A stretch of DNA of 64,000 nucleotides. It comes from Nitrospirota bacterium (GTDB lineage Bacteria; Nitrospirota; UBA9217). Positions 1 through 9,801 of this stretch are shown one piece after another. The stretch is from positions 96,001-160,000 of the forward strand of contig CAVVOB010000013.1 in NCBI GenBank assembly GCA_963749655.1, in the 5' to 3' direction. Positions within the stretch are counted from its first letter, which is position 1; each line of letters begins with the position of its first letter. The position numbers were made by a program, and so were the translations under genes. The notes beneath the pieces are model-generated. The model ran no database searches and was not told the origin of the DNA. It saw only the letters and a program-made list of their open reading frames with translations.

Positions 1-399
1 CGCAAGCGTGATGAAAACGCCGGCGGACGCCGCTCGAGCGCCGCTCGGCGCGACATAGACGACGGTCGGCACGTCGGAGGCCATCATCTTCATGACGATC
101 TGCTGCATGGAGTCAACGAGGCCGCCCGGCGTGTTCAACTCGATAATGATCGCTTCCGCTTGTGCTTTCGAAGCGCTGTCGATGGACTTGATGATATATT
201 CGGCCACTACGGGGGTGATCGGTGCGTCGATCTTGATGAGGAAAACACGCTTTTTCTCGGCAGCGGATGACGGGGCTTTCGGCTCCGGGCTCTTGCCTTT
301 CTCAACGGAAAAGGCAAGCCCTGTCATTGCGCCGAGCACAAGCGTGAAAAGGAGAATCAGGATCGTCCACCTCATGTTTCTGCTGCGGGATTGATTCAT
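1..399 (-). CDS. nfeD: NfeD family membrane-bound ClpP-class serine protease, 5' part (runs off window start)
   Basis: Manual minus-strand translation (not in ORF track): signal-like MRWTILILLFTLVLGAM, then IKIDAPITP, IIIELNTPGGLVDSM, VYVAPSGARAASAGVFITLA. Start could be 375, 399 or 402. Confidence 0.88.
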   Translation of the reverse strand, partial: MNQSRSRNMRWTILILLFTLVLGAMTGLAFSVEKGKSPEPKAPSSAAEKKRVFLIKIDAPITPVVAEYIIKSIDSASKAQAEAIIIELNTPGGLVDSMQQIVMKMMASDVPTVVYVAPSGARAASAGVFITLA

Positions 400-411
400 C
401 ATGATACAAAA

Positions 412-440
412 AGTATATCCGCAATGCCGGGCACTGTCAA
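412..440 (-). promoter_or_regulatory. sigma70-type promoter for nfeD
   Basis: Minus strand TTGACA-17 nt-TATACT. Confidence 0.7.
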
Positions 441-447
441 GAAGTGC

Positions 448-476
448 TTGACTCTGAACGGCTTTTTCTGTAGCAT
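448..476 (+). promoter_or_regulatory. sigma70-type promoter for rsmD-coaD, back-to-back with the nfeD promoter
   Basis: TTGACT-17 nt-TAGCAT preceded by TG. Confidence 0.6.
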
Positions 477-494
477 CCATCCATTGATGACACC

Positions 495-1046
495 ATGCGA
501 GTGAGCGGAGGCATAGGCAGGGGGCGCAAGCTCAAGGTCCCGCAGGGATCGCACGTCAGACCCACGTCCGAGAAAGTCAAACAAGCCCTCTTCAATATTC
601 TCGGCGACCGGATAAGCGGCGCCTCTGTTCTCGATCTTTTTGCGGGCGCCGGGAGCATCGGCATCGAGGCGATCAGCCGGGGCGCCGGCAGGGTGGCATT
701 TGTCGATTCGTCGCGGGAGTCCCTGTCGGTCATAAAGGAAAATATCGAACGGACCGGCTTCAGCGACCGGGCGCAGATCGTGTTTGCCAGGGCCGAGTCC
801 TTTCTCAGGAAGCCGGCTGCGACATTTGATATTATTTTTCTTGATCCGCCCTATGCCGAGGAGCTGCTGCCGCTGCTTGAACTGGTTTCTGGATCGCCTG
901 TGGTGAATCCCGGGAGTGTTGTCATCGCCGAGCATTTCAAAAAACAGCCTTCCCCTGAACGGGCAGGCAGGCTTGCCCTTTACCGCGAGGCCCGGTACGG
1001 CGACACGATACTGGCGTTTTATAAACTAGAAGACAGGAGTCAGTAG
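495..1046 (+). CDS. rsmD: 16S rRNA m2G966 methyltransferase
   Basis: VRPTSEKVKQALFN, VLDLFAGAGSIGIEAISRGA, DIIFLDPPY; sits next to coaD. Confidence 0.95.
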   Translation: MRVSGGIGRGRKLKVPQGSHVRPTSEKVKQALFNILGDRISGASVLDLFAGAGSIGIEAISRGAGRVAFVDSSRESLSVIKENIERTGFSDRAQIVFARAESFLRKPAATFDIIFLDPPYAEELLPLLELVSGSPVVNPGSVVIAEHFKKQPSPERAGRLALYREARYGDTILAFYKLEDRSQ

Positions 1047-1118
1047 TCAGAAGCCGGGAGTAGCGATGCAGCAATGCTTCCGCTTTTGTCCTGGATTATG
1101 ACTTCCGTCTTCTGGCTG
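1031..1118. repeat. Heptamer-based inverted-repeat element overlapping the rsmD stop
   Basis: Left arm GACAGGA GTCAGTA GTCAGAA GCCGGGA; right arm reverse-complements to GCCAGAA GACGGAA GTCATAA TCCAGGA. Confidence 0.6.
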
Positions 1119-1137
1119 TTTATCCAAGGAGATTTCC

Positions 1138-1629
1138 ATGAAACACCTCGCTGTCTATCCCGGAACATTTGATCCCGTGACGAACGGTCATATCGACCTC
1201 GTTGAACGCAGCCTGACTATATTCGACGAGGTGATCGTAGCCGTTGCGGCGAATCCGAAAAAGCGGCCGCTGTTTTCCCTGGAAGAGCGCATCGAGATGT
1301 TCCGGAAGGTCATTTCCCGGCACCGGCGCGTGAGGATAGAGGGCTTCGATGGACTTCTCGTCGACTATGTACGGGTGAAAAAGGCGGTCGGGATCATTCG
1401 GGGACTCCGTGCCGTGTCGGATTTTGAATACGAAATGCAGATGGCGCTGATGAATCGGCGGCTCGACAGCAAGATCGAGACCGTATTCCTGATGCCGAGC
1501 GAGGAATATTCCTTCATAACCTCGACGATCGTCAGAGAGGCCGCGAGCTACGGCGGAGACGTGTCCAGCCTGGTGCCGGCCATTATTGTTGACAAGCTCC
1601 GGAAAAAGCTCGAACAGAGGATTCGATAG
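1138..1629 (+). CDS. coaD: Pantetheine-phosphate adenylyltransferase
   Basis: YPGTFDPVTNGH, RGLRAVSDFEYE. Confidence 0.97.
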   Translation: MKHLAVYPGTFDPVTNGHIDLVERSLTIFDEVIVAVAANPKKRPLFSLEERIEMFRKVISRHRRVRIEGFDGLLVDYVRVKKAVGIIRGLRAVSDFEYEMQMALMNRRLDSKIETVFLMPSEEYSFITSTIVREAASYGGDVSSLVPAIIVDKLRKKLEQRIR

Positions 1630-1699
1630 TATGCTCCTCGGGATCAATGCATGCTCGCGCCGGAGCTGCAGCATGGAATTACAGAAGGGGGGATCGTCG

Positions 1700-2011
1700 A
1701 TGAAAATTGTGAAGCTTTTCCTGTTGGCAGTCGCCTGTATCATGGTTACGGGTTTAGCTGCATCAAGCGCAAGGGCCGAGGAAAAGAAGCTCGAACTCAG
1801 ACAGGGAGATGTCATGGCCGACGTTCTCGGCCGGCTCGTGGGTTCGTCCGTCGAAGTCACCCTTCGGTCCGGAACTTCTCTGAGCGGCAAACTGACGAAG
1901 GTACACCAGCAGCTGGCAGTGGTTTCCGAGCTGTCCCGAAAGGAGTTCTACGACGCCGTCGTCAGGATCGACGAGATCAGCGCCGTCACGGTGAGGATGC
2001 GGGACCGATAA
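1700..2011 (+). CDS. Exported hypothetical protein with Sm/LSm-like beta pattern
   Basis: G-rich RBS before ATG 1700; Sec signal ending ARA-EE; GSSVEVTLRSGTSLSGKL...VVRIDEISAV. Confidence 0.7.
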   Translation: MKIVKLFLLAVACIMVTGLAASSARAEEKKLELRQGDVMADVLGRLVGSSVEVTLRSGTSLSGKLTKVHQQLAVVSELSRKEFYDAVVRIDEISAVTVRMRDR

Positions 2012-2298
2012 CCGTGCTTCGCGCGCACGTGCTGGCGGAAGCGATAACCTGACAGGGAGCGGCTGCGTGCCTGACACTTGAGGGGAAGAATTTGGTTCTA
2101 GAGCTCTGTCGGTCCGCGATCATGGCATCGTTGCGTTTTTCTGCATTAGTCTGAACAACGAAGACGGAATGTGGTATACTATTCCCGCTGATTAACAAAG
2201 ACATGCGTTGCCGCCCGTTGCTCGATGCTGCCGGGGTAATCTTTATGAATGCAGCATGAATGCAGCAGGGCATCTGCCAGGGGGTTGTCGTATAAACC

Positions 2299-2760
2299 AT
2301 GAGCAATAATGACACCGTCATCATCCGTTGCACCAACTGCCTCGTTCTGAACCGCATTCCCGTCGACAAACTCGACAGCAAACCCGCATGCGGCAGCTGC
2401 AAAACCGTTCTTCAGTTTCCCTGTCAACCCCTCTGGGCAAAGTCGGAAAGCTTCGACTTTTCGGTCGCAAACTGGCCGGAAACCCTGCTCATCGTATTTA
2501 CCGCCCCTCTGTGTCTGTACTGCAAGATCATCGATCCCACGCTGGTCGATCTGGCGCGGGAGCGAGCCGGCAGGCTCAAGGTCATCAAGGTCGACATCGA
2601 GGCAGATACGATCCTGGCGGGCCGTTTCAAGATCACCAAGACGCCAACCTTCGTCGTGTACAAGAACGGCACGGAGTTGCTCCGTGTGGATGGAGCGCCG
2701 AAGGAGAAGACCGACCTGGTGAAATGGATCGATAATCTCATTAATTTTACCAGCTATTGA
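2299..2760 (+). CDS. Thioredoxin-family protein with N-terminal zinc-finger (TrxC-like)
   Basis: CTNC...NRIP...CGSC, then Trx fold FTAPLCLYC, KVDIE, TPTFVVYKNG. Confidence 0.85.
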   Translation: MSNNDTVIIRCTNCLVLNRIPVDKLDSKPACGSCKTVLQFPCQPLWAKSESFDFSVANWPETLLIVFTAPLCLYCKIIDPTLVDLARERAGRLKVIKVDIEADTILAGRFKITKTPTFVVYKNGTELLRVDGAPKEKTDLVKWIDNLINFTSY

Positions 2761-3030
2761 TCAGTGCCGGAAAGCCCCGTCCGACATGCAATCCCGCGCC
2801 TTGGCATTCCCCGGCTCCCGCCGGGGATGGAAAGCGTTCATCACCCGTGACATCCTCGTGTCACGCTTACGCGAGTTCGTGGTGCCGGAGGTCGCGTTAT
2901 CGAGTCCCGACCAGTCGGGATGCCGGAGGGGGCTCCACTCCCGGTCACGATCCCTTGACGCAATGATGTTGACTCAATAATCCCCCGTCGTGCAGCGGCT
3001 TTTTTCGCGTTGTGCGCCAAAGGCAGGCAT

Positions 3031-4512
3031 ATGAATAACCATGAGCTTAATAGTCACCGGTCTCTGCTGCAGTGGATCGCCCGGCGGGAAATGCTTTCCC
3101 GGGGTTTGCTGCCGGACTTTTCTCCCAGGGCGTTGGAGGAGCTCAACGCGATCCAGGGGCTGGCCGTAAAAGCCGAAGGCACTGTGCGGGACCAGCGGCA
3201 CCTCACCTGGTGTTCCATCGACAACGATGATTCTCGGGATCTCGACCAGCTCACCGTGGCGGAGGCTCTCGACAACGGGGCTGTCAGGGTTTTTGTCGCG
3301 GTCGCCGATGTGGATGCGCTGGTCAAGAAGGATTCCGCTATCGATGATCATGCCAGACAGAACACGACCTCGGTCTACACTGAAGCAAGAATTTTTCCGA
3401 TGCTGCCGGAAAAACTTTCAACGGACCTTACCTCCCTCAACTACGCTGCGGACCGGCACGCGATCGTCATTGAGATGGAGATCGGCCCGGAGGGCAGCCT
3501 CCGGCGGTCGGACATCTACAGCGCTCTTGTACGGAACCGCGCTAAACTCGCGTATATCAGTGTTGCCGAGTGGCTGGAGGGGAGGGCGCCGGCGCCCGAC
3601 GCAGTCCGCGAAACAGACGGCCTTGCCGAGAACCTGCTGCTCCAGGACCGGGCCGCCCAGGCAATGAAGGCTTTCCGGCATGAGCACGGCGCGCTCACCC
3701 TTGAGACCGTGGAAGCGCGAATCGTATTTGACGCGGACGAGCTCAAGGATGTGGATGCCGACCGGGGGAACAGGGCTCAGGACATCATCGAGAACTTCAT
3801 GATCGGCGCAAACGGCGTCACGTCGCGGTATCTCGCGGCCGGCAATCTGCCGTCACTGCGACGCGTGGTCAAAACGCCGAAACGATGGGACAGGATCGTT
3901 GAGCTCGCCGCGGAAAAGCGCTTCACCCTTCCGGGGGAGCCCAGCTCGAAGGCATTGGAGAATTTCCTTGTACGTCAGAAAGCGGCCGACCCGACCGGAT
4001 TCCCCGATCTCTCTCTTTCCGTAATCAAGCTCATGGGGCCCGGCGAGTATGCAGTCCAGCTGCCGGACAGTCCGGTCCAGGGGCATTTCGGTCTTGCCGT
4101 CCGCGACTACGCCCATTCCACTGCTCCGAACCGCCGATATCCCGATGTCATTACGCAGCGTCTGTTGAAAGCTGCGTTGAGCGGAAGAGATCTGCCCTAC
4201 GGACATGACGAGTTGGAAATTCTGGCAAAGCACTGCACTGAAAAGGAGAACGCGGCCAAGAAGGTTGAGCGGCAGGTAAGAAAGTCCGCTGCGGCGATGC
4301 TGCTGGAACACCGGATCGGAGAACGATTCGATGCTGTTGTGACCGGAGCCGCAGACAAGGGCACCTGGGTCCGTCTTCTGCATCCCCCGATCGAAGGCAG
4401 GCTGGTGAATGGTTTTGAAAATGCGGACGTAGGCGACCGGTTGCGCGTCCAGCTGGTGCATACGGATGTGGATCGCGGGCACGTCGATTTCAAGAGAATC
4501 GGGGGTGCGTAA
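3031..4512 (+). CDS. RNB-domain (RNase II/R family) exoribonuclease
   Basis: SIDNDDSRDLDQ, TSVY, IIENFMI, HFGL...YAHSTAPNRRYPD, C-terminal S1-like domain. Confidence 0.92.
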   Translation: MNNHELNSHRSLLQWIARREMLSRGLLPDFSPRALEELNAIQGLAVKAEGTVRDQRHLTWCSIDNDDSRDLDQLTVAEALDNGAVRVFVAVADVDALVKKDSAIDDHARQNTTSVYTEARIFPMLPEKLSTDLTSLNYAADRHAIVIEMEIGPEGSLRRSDIYSALVRNRAKLAYISVAEWLEGRAPAPDAVRETDGLAENLLLQDRAAQAMKAFRHEHGALTLETVEARIVFDADELKDVDADRGNRAQDIIENFMIGANGVTSRYLAAGNLPSLRRVVKTPKRWDRIVELAAEKRFTLPGEPSSKALENFLVRQKAADPTGFPDLSLSVIKLMGPGEYAVQLPDSPVQGHFGLAVRDYAHSTAPNRRYPDVITQRLLKAALSGRDLPYGHDELEILAKHCTEKENAAKKVERQVRKSAAAMLLEHRIGERFDAVVTGAADKGTWVRLLHPPIEGRLVNGFENADVGDRLRVQLVHTDVDRGHVDFKRIGGA

Positions 4513-4542
4513 CGACAGACGGCCTGCGTTTTGTGGAACGTG

Positions 4543-5259
4543 TCAAGCAGCCGCTTCTTCACCCGGAGGCCTTCTCCCCTGCTTGCGGTCCTTATCAACA
4601 AAAGCCGCAATCGCCGCCTCGGCATCCGGCGCAATCGAAAGGAATCGGATGCCGTACGACCGGGCGTCCGACCCCGTTTCCGGCCCGTCGACGGTCCGAA
4701 CGACTTCTCCGGCCGCACTGATGCGTTTGCCGTCGGGAAGGAAGAACGAGCAGGCGAGATGATCGCCCTGGTCAAGCCGTTCTGCGCTGCGGATGAGGAT
4801 TCCCTTCCTGCTGACATTCCGGGAACTCCCGATGAACGGACGATTGTTACGCTTGCCGTCTACGGCTACATTCAGAACGATGCGGTAGTGTCTTCGGGGA
4901 GCCACGTTCAGGAGCTCGTGGACCGTGGCCGAGAGCGTTGCGCGTTCAGTCGGCCATGCCACCACCGCATTCGCGCCGCACCGGCTGTAACGTTCCCGAT
5001 TTGCTTCGTTTCCACAAAGCAGCATGACGGAAACAGCTCGCATGTTCTCGCCCCGCCTGATGGTGTGGATGAGAGTTTCGCACGACAGGCCGGGCAGGTC
5101 GTCGCGTGTCACGATAAGATTTGCGTTCTCCGTGATGTGGAGTTTCAGGATCTCATCGCCCGTGGCGGCGGGGAGAACAGAGGTGTCGGTGCGCTGGAGC
5201 ACGTCAATGGAGCTCAGCAGCAAGGGCTTTATATCGTGCGCGACAATCACTTTCTTCAT
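4543..5259 (-). CDS. Receiver-like domain + PilZ domain protein
   Basis: Degenerate REC N-terminus; PilZ motifs RRHYR and NVSRKG; C-terminal YGIRF. Confidence 0.85.
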   Translation of the reverse strand: MKKVIVAHDIKPLLLSSIDVLQRTDTSVLPAATGDEILKLHITENANLIVTRDDLPGLSCETLIHTIRRGENMRAVSVMLLCGNEANRERYSRCGANAVVAWPTERATLSATVHELLNVAPRRHYRIVLNVAVDGKRNNRPFIGSSRNVSRKGILIRSAERLDQGDHLACSFFLPDGKRISAAGEVVRTVDGPETGSDARSYGIRFLSIAPDAEAAIAAFVDKDRKQGRRPPGEEAAA

Positions 5260-5722
5260 CTGGTTTCCTCCCTACAGGCTGCGGCACGTTGTCCAAAATC
5301 CGGCTCACGGCCGGATTCCTTTCCGAAGTCAGCGTGCCGCACAGCCGGGCCGTGAATTTCCCCCGTCTCCTTCCTAAGCAGTATAGCATAAAACAGGTTT
5401 ACTCGATGACGCTCCTGAACTCCCGTTGGCGCGCTGCAGAAACGGTCGTGTCGTTCAAAGAACGTCTCAATGTGAGAATGTGAAACGGAAATAGCGGGCA
5501 GTGCTTATCACGATAGGGGGCGCAAAATGGGGGGGGGCAAACTGCAACGTGAAGGATCCTGCAGGGCCTCCATTTCACGCAAAGGTAAAAGAGCGCAAAG
5601 GGAAATCGGTTGGGGGCTCAGATAAAGCCGATGATGCAGAAGGCAAAGGCCGGGAACACGGTTTATCCGTTTCTTCCGCGTAAAATCGGTGTCCTCAGAA
5701 AATTTGCAGCTCCCTTGACCCG

Positions 5723-6940
5723 TCAGGACTGGTGTCCAAAGAACATTTCCATCCTGAACAGGATTCCCGGAATCATACGAAAATTGCGATCGTTCGGATA
5801 GCGAACCTGGGGCGCGAGTTCGAAAAAGAGCCATTCCCTCCAGTAACTCTGTCGATACCTGACTCTGAAGGCTATTTCCGTGAGCTTATCTCCGGGGGCA
5901 ATTTGAAAGTTGTTGATCATTTCGTATTGCAGGGCATGCGTCGGATCAAGGGTTTGCCGTACCAGGAAACTGAGGCTGTAGAAGTAGCCGGGAGTGGTCG
6001 CCAGCCAGACGCCGTCAAGAGTTGTGCGGAAAAAACAGTCGCGGGGGAGCGGTCGCTCAAAATCAAAGCGCGTATCAGTCTGCCATTCCGTGTCCGATTT
6101 CCACTGTAATTCCTGGGTGAAGCGGAGTGCCCATATCGTGTACTGCAGAAGCGACCGGTAGCGGGGCGTGAGAAACACGACAGGTTCCAGGCCGCTGAAC
6201 TGAAGTCCGCTCGACACGATGAAGCTTTCTTTCGGTGTTGTGCGGAAAATATATGCGAGAGCAGTGGTAATGCGCTGCTGCTCGGGAGCAGCGAAACGTT
6301 CGCTGACGGTCTGCGCCGGGGTTTTGTCGGCCGGTGCTGCGGCCGGCTCCGCAGAGAACACGAGGTGGGTTTTCCGTTCCATTTGCGGAAGGGAAAGCCG
6401 CACGTCGAAGGCGGGCTTGAACGACGGCCGAGCATAGTTTTCCTGAAACAGATCGGTCCGGAAGCGCACATAGGAGCGGTTGGTTTCATGCACGTAATTA
6501 GGGTCAGCGAAAAAGGAGTCAAGCCAGTCCGCTGTCGACAGAAGGCTTCTTGAGAGCTGGCCGTGAAGCTCATCAAAGAAACCCTGCTTGCCCGGCTCCC
6601 CGGGTTGCTGCACAGCAGGTGCCGATCCTGAGGGGGCTGTGCTCAAGTTCCGCAGCGGAGAGGGGGGTGGGAGCGTTTCGGCTTCCGGTCCGTTGCACTC
6701 ATGTGCCTCCTGTGAAGCGGTCGGCATCGTCCATAAGTCAGGCATGAGCAGCGGTGCAGCGGACGATTCCGTCGGAGATCGCTCGGGCGTGCAGAGAAAT
6801 AGTTCTTCTGCCCATGCCTCGCCGATGATTACCGGAGAGGGGAAAACAACACCCTTCAACAAGAAGGAGGCCGCATCGTACAAAGCCTGGCACAGAACGA
6901 GTGTTGTCAATGCGATGCATATGCGCTTTTTGGCGTGCAT
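5723..6940 (-). CDS. Exported hypothetical protein, probable outer-membrane beta-barrel
   Basis: Hydrophobic N-terminus, Pro-rich linker, WLDSFF, alternating aromatic strands, ends FRMEMFFG. Confidence 0.65.
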   Translation of the reverse strand: MHAKKRICIALTTLVLCQALYDAASFLLKGVVFPSPVIIGEAWAEELFLCTPERSPTESSAAPLLMPDLWTMPTASQEAHECNGPEAETLPPPSPLRNLSTAPSGSAPAVQQPGEPGKQGFFDELHGQLSRSLLSTADWLDSFFADPNYVHETNRSYVRFRTDLFQENYARPSFKPAFDVRLSLPQMERKTHLVFSAEPAAAPADKTPAQTVSERFAAPEQQRITTALAYIFRTTPKESFIVSSGLQFSGLEPVVFLTPRYRSLLQYTIWALRFTQELQWKSDTEWQTDTRFDFERPLPRDCFFRTTLDGVWLATTPGYFYSLSFLVRQTLDPTHALQYEMINNFQIAPGDKLTEIAFRVRYRQSYWREWLFFELAPQVRYPNDRNFRMIPGILFRMEMFFGHQS

Positions 6941-7203
6941 AGTTTGAATTATTCTGAGAATAGAGAAAGGGACGTTGAAAGTCAAGAGGTAAGCGTTTTT
7001 TTGCCTTCGTTTGCTTGAAAGCACCGGATGCTCAGCGCATCTTCGCGCGAGTTGCTGTTCTTATGGAAAAGCGGGGGCCACTGTCAGGGCCGGGATAGCG
7101 GACAGGCTGGAGCGGGAAGAAAAGAGAGGAGTCGTCAGGGTGGCTTCCCGCGCAGTTTTTTCTGTTCAGTTCCGACGCACGGTATGGGGAGAAAGAAACC
7201 CCA

Positions 7204-7878
7204 TCATTTCTTTCGGGCAATATATACTACGTGACGCAGTCCGCCCCGGCCCGGCCGCAGCCGGTCAAAGGAAAATCCTGCTGCAGCGAGCCGTTTCTCG
7301 AACCCGCCTTCAGGGCCTTCTCCCCAAACCGCGAAAATTCCGTTCTGTAAGAGGGCCACTGCGGTTCTTGCGAGAGCTTGCATGCCGTAAAAAGGATCGG
7401 TCTGATCGGCTGCCCCGGCACGAGGGCCTTCATAGAGATCGAGAATGATCGCATCGAATTTCAGGGCTCCCGGTCGGGCCGCATCCGCTATGACGCGGGC
7501 GACATCGGCGATTTCGATGCAGACCCTCCGGTCCTCCACTGCATGACGGGAAATCTCCGCGAGGGGGCCGCGGCACCAGGAAACGATGGCCGGATTTAAT
7601 TCGGCAACGATGACCTCGGCAGTCTCGGGCAGGATGTCGAGGGAGGCGCGGAGCGTCAGTCCCATGCCGAGGCCGCCCATGAGCACCCGCGGCCTGGGCA
7701 GCGCTGCCAGGGGCAGGCTGGCCTGCTCCCCCAGGGCGATCTCGGACCTGTTGGCGCTGCTGTTCATGAGAATCCGTCCCTCTATGACGATCAGAAAATC
7801 GTTTTCCCCGCGCTGCCGGAGCTCAAGGATGCCGTCAGGCGTAGAGTTCGTGTCGAGGGTTTTCCAGGGTTGTGCCAT
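7204..7878 (-). CDS. Spermidine-synthase-like SAM-dependent methyltransferase (short form)
   Basis: ILMNS, RVLMGGLGMGLTLR, VAELNP, FDAIILDLYEGP. Confidence 0.85.
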   Translation of the reverse strand: MAQPWKTLDTNSTPDGILELRQRGENDFLIVIEGRILMNSSANRSEIALGEQASLPLAALPRPRVLMGGLGMGLTLRASLDILPETAEVIVAELNPAIVSWCRGPLAEISRHAVEDRRVCIEIADVARVIADAARPGALKFDAIILDLYEGPRAGAADQTDPFYGMQALARTAVALLQNGIFAVWGEGPEGGFEKRLAAAGFSFDRLRPGRGGLRHVVYIARKK

Positions 7879-8020
7879 GTGCGCTTCCTCGAGGATGATT
7901 TTGTTCTCTGTGGTTAGGAAACAACAAGGACCGGTTTCGGAATGGAGAGCGGACCTGACCGCTCACAATTGTCACCGTTCCGCGGTTCGGTGTCGTGCGG
8001 CCTGCCGGTGAAGGGTATGC

Positions 8021-8425
8021 CTAGTTTTTCTGTTTGGAGTAGACGATGTTTACTTCGTAGGCGATGCTGGCGTGGCCGAGCCGGAGGCTGCCGTTTTTTC
8101 CGCGGCAGAAAATGTTTCCGGTGACCGACTTTTTCTTGCTTTTGACCATGCTGGAGACCACCGGCGTCAGATCAAATCCGCCGTTCGTGCACTCCTGCTG
8201 CACGCAGTCCATGTGAAAACAGGCGTAGTCGGTTGGGAAGAAAGTGACCGTCCTTTTCATCAGAACCGGGCCCGGCGTCCTCTGGTAATAGGTCATGTGA
8301 AAGACGATGTTCGAAACGCCGGGAAGGCGTTCTGAAACCAGGCCGGCTGCGAGCATGACGTTTTTCTTTTGTTCAAGCTTTTCTTTATAGGTTTGTTTGA
8401 TGTTCACGGATTCTTTCTTCGGCAT
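8021..8425 (-). CDS. Hypothetical protein, possible Cys/His metal site
   Basis: ORF with C-x4-C-x-NGGFDL...C-x-G...H; ATG at 8425. Confidence 0.65.
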   Translation of the reverse strand: MPKKESVNIKQTYKEKLEQKKNVMLAAGLVSERLPGVSNIVFHMTYYQRTPGPVLMKRTVTFFPTDYACFHMDCVQQECTNGGFDLTPVVSSMVKSKKKSVTGNIFCRGKNGSLRLGHASIAYEVNIVYSKQKN

Positions 8426-8547
8426 GGACCCGCCTGAAGGGAAAATGATGCCGGGAATCATTAGATGTCGCTGAACCCCGGGTATTTGTTTCCAATATTC
8501 ATATAATCGCACAATTTGGCAATTAAATCAATGATATTTTTTTGGGG

Positions 8548-8736
8548 TCATGTTTTATTCCGGCCCTTGGCAGGGCGTTTTTTGGCTGCGAAACATGTTT
8601 CGCAATAGATTCCCTGATCGTTTACATGGCATGTTCGCCATTGGATGTCTCCAAAGGGAGTCTGGAAACTTAACCGTTTTCCGCAGTTGCTGCAATGAGA
8701 TTTTCTTGTTTTTTCAGACTCTTCTTGTTCGTTCAT
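8548..8736 (-). CDS. Small CxxC/CxxC zinc-finger-like protein
   Basis: GGAG RBS; CSNCG...YCETC. Confidence 0.55.
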   Translation of the reverse strand: MNEQEESEKTRKSHCSNCGKRLSFQTPFGDIQWRTCHVNDQGIYCETCFAAKKRPAKGRNKT

Positions 8737-9085
8737 CCGGCACTATCTCCCTGTTACCATAATATTAGATGAGAGGGATTATATCAGCAAATTATCGTGA
8801 TGAAAAGAGGGAAGACGGGCCGTTTCAGTGAAGCATGGCTCTCAACAGGAATAAGACCGCTCGGTTTACCTTTTCCGGGACGAAGAGGGCCGGTAGCAAT
8901 GAGGGGAGCCATAATTTCCATTATGGAATGGATTGCGGGAGAAACCGTAGTTGCCCCTTTATTTTCAGTAAGATTTTGATTATACTTTTCGTAATAGCAG
9001 ACAGGCGGTGCTGAATATTTACGGGGCATCGGTCTCATCGAAAGTATGCCCGCTGGAAAGGCTGTCATTCAACCGGGATTTTATT

Positions 9086-9757
9086 ATGAAAAAAGTGCTT
9101 ATTGCAGACGAGTTGAGAGGTCTGTTTGCGGACCAGGAGGGTCTTCTCGAACGCTCGGACATAAGGTTGTTCACGGCCCATACCAACGAGGACGTGCTCA
9201 GGATCCACCGGAAGGAGCGGGTCGATCTCATCATCACCCAGATTGACATGCCCGGCGTCAGGAGCGAAGAACTTTTCAACATCATCAGGGCCAGTGAGGA
9301 ACTGCGTCATGTTTCCACCATCATCGTATGCAAGGACACGCTCGACCTCCGGCAACGATGCAGGAGGTGCCGTGCAAATTTCACGTTTACCCTGCCCGTT
9401 GACGGCACCCTCCTTTACCAGAAGGTAGAGCAATTTTTAAGCATCGTTCCGAGGAGATCGTACCGCGCGATGCTGGCCGTCGCAATCCAGGGGAAGTTCA
9501 AGAACAAACCCTTGTCGTTCCGGACCGAGAATATCAGCGCCAGTGGGATGCTCATCAGGTCCGAGGAGCCTCTTGCGCAGGGAGATGGAATTTTTTTCTC
9601 GTTCTTTCTTTCCGACGGAACACATGCCAGCGGATACGGCGAGATTGCCCGTGTAGTCCAGGTAAAGGCAGCGCCGGAGACCTATCAGTACGGGATAAAG
9701 TTTACGAACGTCGATGACGATGTGAAATCAGCTCTCGAGAAGGCCGTGAAAAAATAG
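9086..9757 (+). CDS. Receiver-like domain + PilZ domain protein
   Basis: MKKVLIADE, DLIITQIDMPG; PilZ RRSYR and NISASG; YGIKF. Confidence 0.87.
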   Translation: MKKVLIADELRGLFADQEGLLERSDIRLFTAHTNEDVLRIHRKERVDLIITQIDMPGVRSEELFNIIRASEELRHVSTIIVCKDTLDLRQRCRRCRANFTFTLPVDGTLLYQKVEQFLSIVPRRSYRAMLAVAIQGKFKNKPLSFRTENISASGMLIRSEEPLAQGDGIFFSFFLSDGTHASGYGEIARVVQVKAAPETYQYGIKFTNVDDDVKSALEKAVKK

Positions 9758-9801
9758 GCATAGGCCGCGGCAGGCGACCTTCGACCCGGTGATCCCTTCC
9801 C

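Noticed and set aside
92-394. Plus-strand 100-aa ORF
   Set aside because: It is antisense to the nfeD 5' end, which has clear motifs and a promoter.
5400-5720. c-di-GMP (GEMM) riboswitch upstream of the REC-PilZ gene
   Set aside because: GGGCAAAC and GCAAAG fragments occur, but the P1/P2 stems and spacing could not be built, and they lie on the strand opposite the gene.
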